Source: Dicyema japonicum (taxonomy: Eukaryota; Animalia; Dicyemida). From it: a stretch of DNA of 64,000 bases. The stretch is taken from assembly GCA_011109175.1 (NCBI GenBank), contig RDEW01000055.1, positions 77,516 through 141,515 on the forward strand, given 5' to 3'. Under the pieces are notes generated by a model, which was not told where the DNA came from, did not search any database, and worked only from the letters and a program-made list of their open reading frames with translations. Below, piece by piece: positions 24,737 through 37,759 of the stretch. How positions within the stretch are numbered: position 1 is the stretch's first letter; each line of letters opens with the position of its first letter. Made by a program: the position numbers and the translations under genes.

Positions 24737-27700
24737 TAGTTTTTGGTTGAGGTGGTGACGTCCCTCTATAGCACATATGTCTAATACGTATTTGAATAAT
24801 CCTTTCTGGTTTTCTACCCTTACCTTCAATGCCAGGGGCCTTAATGACTGGTCGAAGAGGCACCAACTATGTCTGGACCTTGCAAAATATGGATGCTCTG
24901 TTTGCTGTCTCCAAGAGACGAAGCTCAGAAAAGGACTCGATGAAAACCTTGGAGACTACATACTAATCCTCTTCCATCGTACTGTAAACACTATGGACAG
25001 GGTTTCGCTGTTCACAAGAATTTGCTCCCCAGATTACATCGATATTGGAAAATTGATGACAGGATATGTGTTATTCAATTTCTTATTGGACCCAAAGGGA
25101 AGTCCAGGCAACTAATTTCCATTGTGAACGTGTACGCCCCACATAGTGGCCGTGTTTCCAAAAACCCAGAGGAATTGGACGTTTTTTACGAAGAACTTGT
25201 CGAGGTCGTATCTTCTCTGAAGTTTTCATCGTTCCTCTTTATCGCTGGTGATTGGAATGCTAAAGCTGGGGTACATCAAGGACACGAACGTTTTATTGGA
25301 CCACATGGAAGGGGGATCAGGAACTATTCTGGTACTGCTCTGGCATATTTCTGCGAATCCTTTGATTTATTCCTGTGCAATACTCAATTCCAACATTCCG
25401 CACGCCACAAGACAACGTGGATGGGCACTAGACTATCGACCACCGGAAATCTGATAAGGATTTATAATCAGATCGATTATATTCTGTGTCGAGTAAAAGA
25501 CAAATCTCTCTTACGGGACTCGAGATCTTATGGAGGACTAACTGTTAACAGTGATCACAAAATTGTGTCAGCAAGATTCAGCTTAAGACTTGGTCCAACT
25601 GCGGAGGAGTTCCTCTACGGGATAACTAATAGAAGATGCTTCTTCCAAACACATCGTGGTGGAGATTCCACGCGATCAAGAAGGTATATGACTGAACTCT
25701 TGGGCTCTTCACCAAAAGTACAAGCAGACTATAAAGAATGTGTATCGGATTCAATTAATAATACGGCATCGGATCTTTCACCAGGAAAGGCATGGCTCGA
25801 AACTAGAGAGGGATCATTTCCGCTGCTGACAAACATTTGGGGGAACTTAAACCCCATAGCAGTCAGCGTCACCCGGAAGTGTCAGCCCTATTGAATTTGC
25901 AGAAGAACTTAAGGCTTAGATCCGAAAATACTGTCGATCCTCAGACTGTTTGCAAACTGAAACAAGAACGAAGGCAAATTGAGAGAAAAATCAAACTCCT
26001 AAACAGACTACATCACACTAGTCAGTTGGAAAGCAAGATCAGAGAGGTAGAAAACCTTAAAGACAATGCTGCGACATTCATGGCTATACGACTAATACGG
26101 AGGAAGAGCCAATCAGTGAAACTTATTTTGCATGACAGAAATGGAAAAACAATAGGAAATGTTGCAGAACAGACAGAGTTCATAGCATCGCATATTGAAC
26201 AACTGTTCTTTGTAAAAGGAGAAAAATCAGATTTCACGCCTAAGAACACAACACTTGAACGGATCATTTCACCGGAGGAGGTTTGCATGGCGATAAGGAA
26301 ACTTAAATCTGGGCGCTCTCCAGGACCAGATAATATACCATCTGAATTGCTAAAATTTGGCCCTCCAGAACTTGCAGATAAACTCTCAAAATTGCTGAAT
26401 GACATGATAGAAAACAAGGACTTTTCAGAAATTGGAAAGGGATACTAGTACCAGTTCAAAAAGGTAATAAACCCCCTGGGCCAGTTGAAAACCTGCGCCC
26501 TGTCATCCTTCTAAACACCTTAAGGAAGATCCTTGCCCTAATTACTCTTAATCGGATCCAAGAGCCGGTGGACGGGTACTTGGCCCAGAGCCAGAGTGGT
26601 TTTAGGACAGGGAGATCAACGGCTGATGTAGTATGGTGCCATAGATGGCAATGTGCTATTCAACAAAGATTCCGGAGCTCAAAGACTATCCTTGGAATTG
26701 ATCTGACCAGAGCTTTCGACACTGTCCGTCGGGGAAAACTCATTGAAGTGCTTGAAAGTTTCCTGGATAAGGACTCGGTTATTCTGATACGGATACTCTT
26801 ATCAAACACGAGGTTACGAGTGCGTATTGGAAAATGTTTGTCACGGGAAATTATTTCAACAGTGGGCACACCCCAAGGAGATTCCCTTTCCCCAGTATTG
26901 TTTGCTATATACCTTGAATCGGCTCTGCAAGACCTCCGGAAGTATTACAACAATGATATTATGGAGATCGTGTATGCCGATGATGTTGACTTTATCTCGA
27001 CTGACAAAGAAGCACTCTTACGTCTCTTGGAGGTTGCATCAGGCTGTTTGGCCAAATGGTGTCTATCACTGAATGTTCAGAAAACGGATATTGTTGAAAT
27101 TAAGCGGATGGAACTACGCAATAGTGAATGTTGGAGGAAGACCGTAAAGCTTGGCTCTCTTCTCGGAGACTCCGAAGACATTGCAAGAAGAAAATTGTTA
27201 TCTACGGTTACTATGCAAAAACTTATGAAATGTTGGATAAGAAAATGCTCGGTCGGGCCATCACTCCGACTCAGGTTGTATGAGGCGTTCGTGAGGCCCA
27301 TACTAACATACAACTCTGGGACGTGGGGAATTTCGAAAACGGACGAACAAAACCTTGACTCCTTTCACAGAAGGCAACTTCGGTCTCTCTTGGGACTAAA
27401 GTGGCCAATGCGTGTAGTGAGTGAAAATTTATATAGAAGATGCGGTTCCGGACCTCTGAGCACTATGATCATGAAGGCTCGCTGGAGATTGTTTGGCCAT
27501 ATTCTCAGATTGGAACAAGACACGCCAGCAAACGTCGTCATGGAAGAATACTTCGATACGTCAGGGGAGAAGTTCAGAGGTCGTCCAAGAATAACTCTTC
27601 CGGAAGTCCTTAATGGTGACCTGAGATCAGTAACCAGACCTAAACCTAACCCTAACCCTAACCCTAAGGACGGTGAAGTATAATTCTATGCGACTAAAGG

Positions 27701-27841
27701 ACGGTGAAGACCTTAGTAGTCTGCGGCACTTGGCATCGGACAGGAGGGGATGGGAAAGGCTAATTAAGAGGATTGTTCAGACGCGGCACGAATAGAATTA
27801 TAGTTTATATGATTCTATGTAGTTGCTTATAATAATAATAA
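24737..27841 (+). mobile_element. RTE-C: best-preserved full-length RTE, 13-bp TSD
   Basis: TSD TACTGCTCCTGTA (24724-24736, 27842-27854). 40-nt leader, ATG 24777, EN, RT (QGDSLSP, YADD), (TAA)n tail. A few frameshifts. Confidence 0.95.
27639..27667 (-). repeat. Interstitial telomeric-type (TTAGGG)n tract
   Basis: Plus strand cctaaa cctaac cctaac cctaac cctaa, i.e. TTAGGG x3-4 plus one variant on minus. Confidence 0.85.
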
Positions 27842-28049
27842 TACTGCTCCTGTAGAATGAATATTTAAGTTATTTATTTCATTTGGTCAAAACAAAGAGG
27901 TCGAATAAAAGAAGAAACCCCCAATTCATTATTGAGTTGTAAATTGAACATTGACATGCTGTGCATTGATTATTTTCGAAAAAAATCAAAAATAATCAAA
28001 ATTTTCTAGATAAAGTTCATTCAGTTCAAAAATATAGGACCTTTTAGAC

Positions 28050-28205
28050 TATCCAGTTCCGCAATAAATCTCCACTGATGACAGCGTCACTCGTAAAGCC
28101 CTTTTAGCACCGTAGATGCGTGGAACCTTCCACCTTGTGAACAGGAGGGAGAATCGAACCCGTGACCTAAGCCACTTTGCCCGACACCTAACCACTATGC
28201 CGGCT
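28050..28205 (-). mobile_element. tRNA-derived SINE-like element
   Basis: A-box-like ggcatagtgg (28192-28201) and B-box ggttcgattc (28151-28160) at tRNA-like spacing. No clean cloverleaf. Confidence 0.55.
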
Positions 28206-28339
28206 GATAAATGTCTAGAATTATTAGAATAATAAATTGGTAAGCCAATGTATGGATATCAGAATTCCCTAGTGGTTTATTATTATAAGCAATATTCGTA
28301 AAATCATAATAGTTATAATTTCACTCGTGCATCATTCAA

Positions 28340-29200
28340 AACAATCCTCCGAACCAACTTCTTCCAACCTCCTCGATCGTAAGAGAGTTAACTCGTCCAG
28401 GTCGTCCCCACTTCTTAGACGTTTGTTCACGAGCTTTAGATCTTCGTCAAGTGTTTCAGGTAGTGTAATACGCCGGCCTCCACAAAAACACGGTCCCTGT
28501 CTCATGAATAATCTGTCTCAGTAGTGGTTGAGGTGGTACGTGCCTCTCTTGTATCTATGTCTTCAAAGGATTCAGAACAATTTAATGACCTGACTATCCT
28601 AACCTTCAATGGGACAGGCTTGTGTTTCAAAAAATGATGTTTAGCATGCTGCATAGTTGATAGGCCAGTGAGGGCGGCGAATGTTTCAGTTCCCGTTGAT
28701 ACCGTCAATTCCCGGACTCCTGTTTTTGTTTAGCTTTGTAGAGTCGTTTGTATCTCCTACGCCGTAATTGGTGTAGTCAAAGATCTGGAGTCTCCGACGA
28801 ATTGAGTTATGCGTTCGTCGTCATTCTTGAAGAGCGCTTCAAAGTGATCAGCAATATTCTCTGCAACTTTTTTTGTTGCTATTCGTCTTCCATTCTTGTA
28901 ATTCACAATCAGTCTATCCGCTCTATTTAAACGCGGGATTGCTCTGAACATTTTCGGGCCAAAATTAAATTCCAAGTAGGACTCGGATCATCCTTTGACT
29001 GTCCTCGTCCAGCAACATTCCAAGTAAGTTTCCTTCCCTTACATGACTAGTTCACTTGACATAGTTTTGCCAATTCGGACTCATAACTTTGTGTTGGATA
29101 ATGAAATAATACCGATCCATCATATTTTTGAATTTCCGAACAGAGTGCCTCTCTCTGTCACATCTCTAAATCATAAGGGTTAGTACTTTTAGAAGTCTCA
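28340..29200 (-). mobile_element. RTE linker and 3' fragments
   Basis: MFRAIPRLNR..ENIADHFEALF; GRRITLPETLDEDLKLVNKRLRSGDDLDEL. Confidence 0.75.
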
Positions 29201-29329
29201 AACTCATTTTAGACATGTGTACAATAGAGGCACATCACCACCTCAACAAAAAACATAGTAATCTAACAACAATTTTTTATCATGACAATTTTGATCGGAT
29301 TACAAGTTGAACAGTAACATGCGCGGACG

Positions 29330-29670
29330 TCCCTAAGTATGGGATTCCCAAAGACCGCTAATAAACAATGACTATTGATGAAATAAAACCTGAAGTTAAG
29401 CAGCATCGTCTAGCTTCTGCAACGACCGATGAAAGTTCTTAGTGGCTCAGAGCCTTCCCATGCACATACCATTGGATGACGACGCAACGAGAATCGGAGT
29501 TTGTGTACGTCTCTTGTATTTGTGTGGCCCATCGCTGTAGATGTATAAGGATGGTCGACGCTAAAATACTCACGCTCTCTCCTGCCGGAGGACTGCTGGA
29601 AGGACTCCAAGGCACAGAGTGATCAACAAATTATTATGTATAGACCGGAAGCGGCTGGTTTCTCGGTCCA
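29330..29670 (+). mobile_element. CRE-clade fragment
   Basis: RLASAT...WLRAFP..LDDDATRIGV..HALSC; nucleotide similarity to 18338-18500. Confidence 0.7.
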
Positions 29671-30339
29671 TTTGGAGAGTTTAATCATTATATTTAATGA
29701 ACTTTAAGCATAGTAATTCCACTGGTTCTCCTCAGACTTGCCAAGTGTCGTCAAATTCGTACCAGACCTGAACCCAAAGCATAGTGTATCAGACGCTTAA
29801 TCGTTCCTAAATTTAATATATCCAGAATAAGAGGAACAAAATATCACATCCATCTTAAATAATTTGTGCACTACCTCAACCATCCGATCAACCACTTTAG
29901 TATATTATATCGTAGTATATCATTACGTTTTTGATGTATAATAAAATTTGTATTCTCTAATTCACCGTAACTCCTTCTCTAATGCTCCCTAATCCATTCT
30001 CCAATTCACTTTAGTAATTTTGAAGATTTTAATCCGACATAACTGCTTTTGTGTAAATTCATAATTTAATAAATCAAGTCCATAAAATGCAATTAACCTA
30101 AATAACAAAAATAAAAATTTAAGCGTCAAAAAAACAAACGAAAGTAAAAATTCTCAATGCTTACGTTTATTGTAAAGATTTGTAGAAGCCTCTAATTGAA
30201 ACGTGTGACTGTGTATAAAGTTTGCTGACCATAATACTTTGTTGATAGATTGATGGCATATTATTAATAAATATGTAATATTAATATTTGTTAAATTCAA
30301 AAAAATATTAATAAAAAGTGACACGTATAAACCGTGCCG

Positions 30340-32067
30340 ATGTTGTTTTTTGTTACATTGATTGGGTGTTCATTCCTCACTGACGATAATGTATATGACT
30401 AGTATTTACTGTAGTCTGTCTATTATCCACCAAACTATCACTTTATAGAACCATTCAATGCTCTTGACCTTGAAAGGTGATATAATAATAGTAATACTAG
30501 ATGGATACCTTCCCAGGACTCCAAGTCGGACTCTCCTTCTTCCAAATACACGGGTAATTATTTATATTTATTGGAGGTGAATTTGAAATTGTCAAATCAA
30601 ACGGAAAGAGTGTTCTGTCTATGAAACAGCCATCCAGTCATTATGGAATGTCTGCTAAATTAGAGAAACCTTTTGATTTTACGACAAGCAGTGATTTATA
30701 CTTTCAGTTATTAATAAATTTAATAAATAGGTTTGAGGCCACGCATAACTCCAAACCAGACTGTGGTGGTGCATACATTAAGTTAATATCCAGTGATGAC
30801 CCATTGGTTGATGTTATTATTATTGTAGGAACAAATGAATGATGTCACTCCGTTCACAATTATGTTTGGTCCTGATGTTTGTGGTGTTAATGCTAATGTA
30901 ATTATTATATATATTTAGTACCACTTTATTATTAATTATGTTAATCCTGTTACTGGCAATAGAGAAGAGAAGAAGGCTCCCCCCGTTGAATCATTTACTA
31001 CATCTTCCATTTCTGATGCAAGTTCACATTTGTATACTCTGGGATTACATTCTGATGGGAAATATAGAATATTATTTGATGGTGTTGTTGTACAACGTGG
31101 AGATATTACTACTGATATGATGTAATATGGATATATAGTTTAGTCCTCCCATTAATCCTCCAAAGGATATGCCCGATGAGAGTGCAACCAAACCAGAGGA
31201 TTGGGATGACAGAGAAGAGTTTGATTATTTATTAATTAAAGGATAATCGATGAATCTATCACTAAGCCTGATGACTGGTAATGTGATTGTTTATTTGTTA
31301 GGGATGAGGGTGGAGATGAAATGATCCCTGATATGAAAGCAGTGAAACCATCAAGTTGGAAGGATAATGTTCCTTTAATGATTGCTGATACTACTCAGAG
31401 TAAACCAGAGGATTGGGATGACGAATTGGATGGAGATTGGGAGGCACCTCTAATTAGTTCTGATTGGTTATATTATAGATAATCCTGAATGTAATGATGG
31501 GCAATGTGGAGAATGGAATAGACCACTTATACTTAATCCAAAATATAAAGGACCTTGGAAACCGTCATACAAGTCTAATCCATCATATATGGGCAAATGG
31601 GTTCGTCCTCAAATACCCAATCCTAATTATTTCTACGACCCTAAACCATATATAAAACTATCACCTATTGTAATGGTGATATGTCATTATTAGGTTTCCA
31701 TTGCTTTTGAATTATGGACTGTTGAGGGTAATGTTCACTTTGATAATATTATTCTTACTTCTGATTCATCTTCACTTAATAATTGGACTAAACAAACATT
31801 CACATTTCCTCCTTCAAAATCATCAGTTTTTGATTTTTTATTATATAGAAATATTTACAAAGTGTAAAGGAATATGTCACACAAAACTGGATTATTATTG
31901 GTCTTGCTATATCCACTCTTGTTCTTTTCTTTTCGTTCTTCAGATGGTTGAGATCTTCACCCTCTGTTCAAGAAACAGAGTAGACAGAAGAACCTGAAGT
32001 AGTATCTGATGTTGTTGTCTCTCAGTCCGAAGATGAGACTGAAGGGGTGAGACAGAGGACTAGTTAG
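30340..32067 (+). CDS. CANX: Calnexin, 12 GT-AG introns of 21-24 nt, in-frame TAG at 31981-31983
   Basis: Signal peptide; DCGGAYIKL; TPFTIMFGPDVCG; KPEDWD repeats; GDWEAPLI.NPEC..CGEW..PLI.NP.YKG; FELWTVEGNVHFDNI; TM WIIIGLAISTLVLFFSFF; acidic tail ending VRQRTS. The TM separates it from calreticulin. Confidence 0.92.
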
Positions 32068-32158
32068 TGATTATGGATTTCTCCGTCTTTTCTAATTGTT
32101 TCTTGTTTATTTATTAATTAATTATAATAAATTATTTAATTAAATATATAATTCTGTA

Positions 32159-35100
32159 ATGGATGTTGTGGTCTATTATAACAGAATATTTGAGAGTGAT
32201 ATACTTGCTCTATTACTTTTTATACATTTATACGTTTATTGGTAATCACGTTAATATATTGATAGGAGAGTCCTTATAGTTACTATCCTCAACGGATTCG
32301 TCTTTGGTTTTCTCATTCATCTTTTTTTCAAAAAGTTGGTAATTTTATTAACGTCAGATATTATATAACCATAAATGAATATTTATTACAATAGTTTAGT
32401 CACCTGTTTCACGTGCCAATATCTCGATACAAAACATGCGTATGTTCTCTTTGGGAGGAACGTGATTGTGTGAATATAAAATATTCTCATTAATCATTAA
32501 AGAAACAAATTATCAAACATTTTATGATTTCAATTCTCTGACAGTAAAATATCATCACATATTATTGACTCCATAAAGTATGTACTATTATAGTTATTAT
32601 AGTTTAGTAATGAGACTATTATTTTAGCTGTTGATTTGTGGTACAGGTTTATTCATTCATATTTATAGTAATTTAGGAGATAGTCAACAATTCCCTAATG
32701 AAATACGGAGATCACTGTGTTGTCTCTTTTCTGTAATTTATGAACGACTCAATCAGGTTACCTTATTAATTATTCAGATATCTGCTAGAGTATTGATTAG
32801 AAAGAAGGTTATTCCATCCATAGTAAAACATGTGGAATAGTATAGACGGGTTGTTAATGGTAATTATTCTATCATATTAAGACGAATCCCCATTCTTTTA
32901 ATCACTGGGGGGAGGATATGCATTTGGCTGTTTACAGTCGAACGTCAGAACTAAAATACATTGAAACTCTAACAAATCGACTATTACTCCTTATGTTTCC
33001 CACAAATTCCCACAATTGCGAGTATTTATTAGATTTATTGTTATATTATTGCATTCTCTGCTTACTCACATTCTCTCCACGTTTGTCATAATCCCTGCTA
33101 TGGACATTCTGGCTGACCCTGTATGTACTATTTATTACTATAGGACACTGTTAACATGCTCATATCCCTCACAGTTTCTACTGAGTATGAGGTTGATTAC
33201 TAATATATTATAGATTCAGTCATTTGCACACGAATCCCACCAGACTGAACTATTTTCTAATTTTGTTGGGTTTCCTGCTAAGACTCAAGTATTTGTTGTG
33301 ATAATGTAGCCTAAATCATGTTTAAATGACATTATGGTGGACAAAATGCTACAAGAATCATTTATATTATACTTAAATGAACACAATGTGTTTTTATTTG
33401 ACTTGTTTAGACAGATTGGTTGTATTTTTACTAATTAAAGAATATATAATAAAAATACTATCAGAATCTAACTTTGATCTAACAACAGAGGTTAGAGTAA
33501 GGGCTGAGGAAATGTATAAAAGACACTTTCTTCACGAATCTCCACATTTCCTATTTCTTACCACAAAATATAAGAATTCATTGGAGAATTGTTGTATTAC
33601 CATGTGATTGTAGTAATTTTCTCAAAGGATCCTAAATATGTCTTTAATCTGAGGAGTACTCCTTTTCTGTTTGAGTAATTAATGTCATAAATTGTAGAAT
33701 GAGAACTCAGTGTTATGAATTGTTAGAAGATGTGTTTGTCCCTGTCTTTTCACAGAGTCTAAATGTATTACCTGAGTGATTTGTAGTATTTCCAAACAAT
33801 ATACTGTCTCAAGACTAGACTTATGTCCTCTCGAGATTCAAAACTGTTGATATTATTGTTATTCCAGGAAAGGTCATAATTTCCGTAAAAATATATCAAA
33901 AATGATTACAAAATTAATGAATTTCTTTAAACTATCAAAGGGTATTACTTATGTTATATGCGGGCAATGTATCTGATCAGGGATTCTCGACTTGTGATAT
34001 TAGTGACTACTTTTCTTCTGATGGTATATCACAATTGGAGGAATTTACAGGTACAGAGGAGTACAATTTGCATGATTTGAGCATATGGATGGTCATTATT
34101 AAGAAAATGGTCGACATTGAAGATGTTAAGGGTGGGGAGATTATACTCTTAGAATTAAAAAATAAGCAGAAATATGGATATTTAATAAAATCATATGGAA
34201 TTGATAATCCTGGTACATTTATTGGTTATTATAGGTCATCGATACTTTGTTTTAAGGAAACACACTGATTTTTATTTGTTGGCACAAAAATTGAGGGCAT
34301 TTCATGGTTTTATTGATTATTAAATATAGGGGATATTCCAATACTGCAGGATCTCCCACGGAAGGGATTTAATGAAAAATTATATGACTGTTTGTTTTAC
34401 AACATGGAGACATTCCAATCATTTCTTAAAGTATATTCTCATTTAGATTAAGAAACTTCACACAAATCCTAGATTGAGGACGAGTGAACTTGTTCATAGC
34501 TTTATTGCATCCACTTCATTTTATTCAGATACAGGAGGGGATATTAAATTGGGTAATTGAGTGTTACATTGTAGGGGAGATTATTAAGAGTGTGCCTAGA
34601 AAGTTAGTGAGAGAGGTTATTAGTTGGTTATAATCAATAGAAGGGACAAAATTTGGATGGATTTATTCAATTGTTGGTAACATCATCAGAATCTCCTAAA
34701 AGTCGTCCATCACAGTATTTAATTACCCTCATATTAGATATGTCTCCAAAACTGTAAACCCTGATGAAATACTAAATAATAATGTTGATGGTGTTGTTAT
34801 TTCAAGTTGTTTGTGCCTCTTTATAAGAATTTGGCTAACCAATCCCCCTCTAGTATTCAACTGTTGGATGATAGTAGTGAAGTACCATTCACATTAATGG
34901 ACTCTTTGTATAACCTGGGTATAATATTTATTATGATTAGTGAATATTGTGACTATCAATCCAAGTAGAGTATTTTCTACTATTATTAATTACTGTTGTG
35001 TCTATTTTTATAAATTAATTGACGGAATATTTGATTTACATTTTGAATATAAAATATCAACTTTATTTGTGGATCATAAAATAGTACCATTTATTACATT

Positions 35101-35430
35101 CCTCAAGAGTACTTCATATATTTATTTAGATAAAATTTACTCCAATTCCTACACCAATTCCTCTCATAAACGAAAAAAGATGAGGGAAATTGCTTTTCAT
35201 GATTTTAATAATAATTTACTTCCAAGTTTTATAATATTTTATCATAGAAATAATTATTTCCATTATGGGAGAGGAGTTTTATAATGATATTGTAACCACT
35301 TTGTTTGAATGTTTTCAACAACCTTTACTAAATAAACAAGTACTAGTAATATTTATTAGATATCATATGTCATACTGGATATGATCATTTTGGAATTATT
35401 CCTGAATTAGATAATATTTTAATTATTTAA
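32159..35430 (+). CDS. SNX14: Sorting nexin-14 (TM-PXA-RGS-PX-PXC), 27 introns of 20-25 nt, several lesions (possible young pseudogene)
   Basis: KISSHIIDS..LWY..PNEIRRSL..KHVE..MHLAVYSRTSELKYI..PAMDILADPDTVN; LLEDVFVPVF; HTDFYLLAQKL.AFHG; LGEIIKSVPRKLVREKGQNLDGFI; FECFQQPLLNKQISYVILD. Lesions are listed in the findings. Confidence 0.88.
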
Positions 35431-35565
35431 TAATAAAATATAGCCTATTACTTTAAATACAATTGTCAGGCTACTCAGAGACGACATAATGTAGATGCAG
35501 ACACGGGATTTGTGGAGTGACGTTTAGTACTCCTCATGATAATAAAGTCAAGTATGACAATCAAG

Positions 35566-37700
35566 ATTTTTGGTTGAGGTGATGACGCCTCTATTGCACT
35601 ATGGCTTATTCGTATTCCTTGCCGAATTCTCCGTTCACTCTGGAAACTTTTAATTGCAGAAGACTTAAACAACCTTACCAGAAATACCAACTAGTATGCG
35701 ATCAAACAAAATACATCTCTGTCTGCTGTCTACAAGAAACAAAAACGACCGTACAATGTACAAAACTGTTTGACAAATTCCACCTTTCACCTGCCGACAT
35801 TATGGTATCAGATTTGCATTCAATCAGGACCTGATTCACTGTGCTATAAAATCGTAGACAGTATCTGACCGTGTCGCAGTGCTGCAAATCAAATGCGGAA
35901 ATGGAATTAACTTAGGCATACCCATCATCAATGTGTATGCCCCAACCAGAGCGCGAGTCTTAACAAACATCGAAGAACTGGACGCATTTTACTCTACATT
36001 CACGAATGTATACGACTGGCATTCTTCCTCTTACCTTCTTGTCGCCGGGGACTGGAACGTCAGGGATGGAAAGCCAAACCCGGAAAAATGTGTATTGATG
36101 CCCACGGAAGAAATCGTCGAAACCTTCCTGGAGAGTCATTGATACAATTTTGCACTGCGTTCAACCTACTTTTATGCAATACTTGTTTCAAGCACTCAGC
36201 AAGACACAAGACCACATGGGTGCACCAGAAAAGACAAATCTGGCAGCACAGTCCAAATATACAACCAGATTGACTATATTTTCTGCAAGCAGAAGGCCCT
36301 CATGCAAAATTCCAGGTCATATGGCGGACTTGAAACTAGCAGCGACCACAAACTTGTCGTTCGGCTAACACTAAACAGAATTCATAAAATAAACGGAAAA
36401 CGCAAAGGTATCGCCTCACTACGATACGACATGGAGAGGCTACGTTATAAAGAATCTACCAATCTTCGATATAGTACAATTCTGAAAAATAGCATTAACT
36501 CCATTAACAAAAATCAACCAGCAAATAAAATATGGGGAGAAATAGTCAATGCTATACAAAAAACAGCCTCTAGTGTTTTGGGTCCCATCCCCAAACCCAG
36601 TCATAAACAAAGAATCCGGACATCAAACAACTTTCTGTAATACAAAAAGAGCTCACGCTGCAATTTGAAATACAAGTGCATCTGAAAAAATTAACGAGCT
36701 CCGCACCCAGAGGAGTTCGGCCCTAATCACTGTCCATGATAACCTAGTATTGGGGACGTTAATAAAGCTAATATAGCATCGCACTTTGTTCCTCTATTCA
36801 ACATGCACAGTAAAACTGACTACATACTGAAACCTGAGAATTCCACTCTATTGCACCCAGTAAGCACTTCGGAAACTCTTCAAGCAATTAAAAAAACTGA
36901 ACACCGAATGATCTGCAGGACCAGACAATATCTCAGCAGAATTTTTAAAACATGCCCCGGAGCTATCCAAAATGATCATCAATGTTTTCAATCGGTCTCC
37001 AATAATTATACTAACTTCCATAAGCGAAACAATGTCTTTAATTGCATTACACCAGGATAGGTCTACAGCCGATGTAGTGTGGGACATATGGTATTGAGCC
37101 CTATGCCAAAAATATAAAAATATATTGAAATACTTGGCATTGATGTGTTCCGTCCATTCAATTCGGTACACCGGAGAAAACTTATGGTAGTTCTGAAGAG
37201 TTTTCTTTAGTCTGACGACGTTAAAATAATACGCCTGCTCACGCAGAACACTCGTATTTCTGTCAAAATTGGCAAATGCGCCTCCAACTTTTTTCCGACT
37301 TCACGTGGAGGTCCACGGGGGGACTCACTATCGTTGGTTTTTTTCGTTGTCTACCTTGAAACTGCACTAAGAGAGTTCAGGTTCCTGGTTGGAAACAAGT
37401 ATGACATGATAACTTATGCGGACGATCTGGACTTTGTTTCTGGGGATACTCAAACACTTCATGACATGCTCAGGTCCCCGCAAATTTCGCAATGGACAAC
37501 TACTTCGCACATGCAGGAGCCGTGGAAGACCAAGAACGGCACTTCCGACTATCTTGAATGAAGACCTATCGGCGGTTGGTATAAGACTAACTCCGGAGGA
37601 CGACCTTGACTACCTAAGAGAACTAGAGCGCAACAGAAGATCATGGTCGAGGCTGACGAAGAGGATGATTAGGAATCCGGCGCAAGGGAGACTTAATTAA
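35566..37700 (+). mobile_element. RTE copy with leader, EN and deleted RT
   Basis: tttttggttgaggtgatgacg leader, ATG 35601, TLETFNCRRL..CLQETK, SDHKLVV, YADDLDF. Confidence 0.85.
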
Positions 37701-37759
37701 CTTTATGTTTTCTCGGAAATGCTTTTTAATTCTAATGATGACATATCACCCTTGTCTGC

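Noticed and set aside
29700-30260. Possible minus-strand host gene with short introns
   Set aside because: Exon-like pieces cannot be joined in frame and no homology was recognised.
30807-30828. 16-nt calnexin intron (gttattattattgtag)
   Set aside because: The upstream GT at 30807 gives an in-frame 22-nt intron matching the modal size.
32392-32394. TAG as firm evidence of codon reassignment
   Set aside because: An AT-rich 56-nt GT-AG intron (32339-32394) removes it in frame. The hnRNP and POU genes contain no in-frame TAG, so general reassignment is not supported by this window alone.
33022-33032. 11-nt canonical GT-AG intron in SNX14
   Set aside because: Far below every other intron here and adds four residues relative to the recalled SNX14 spacing.
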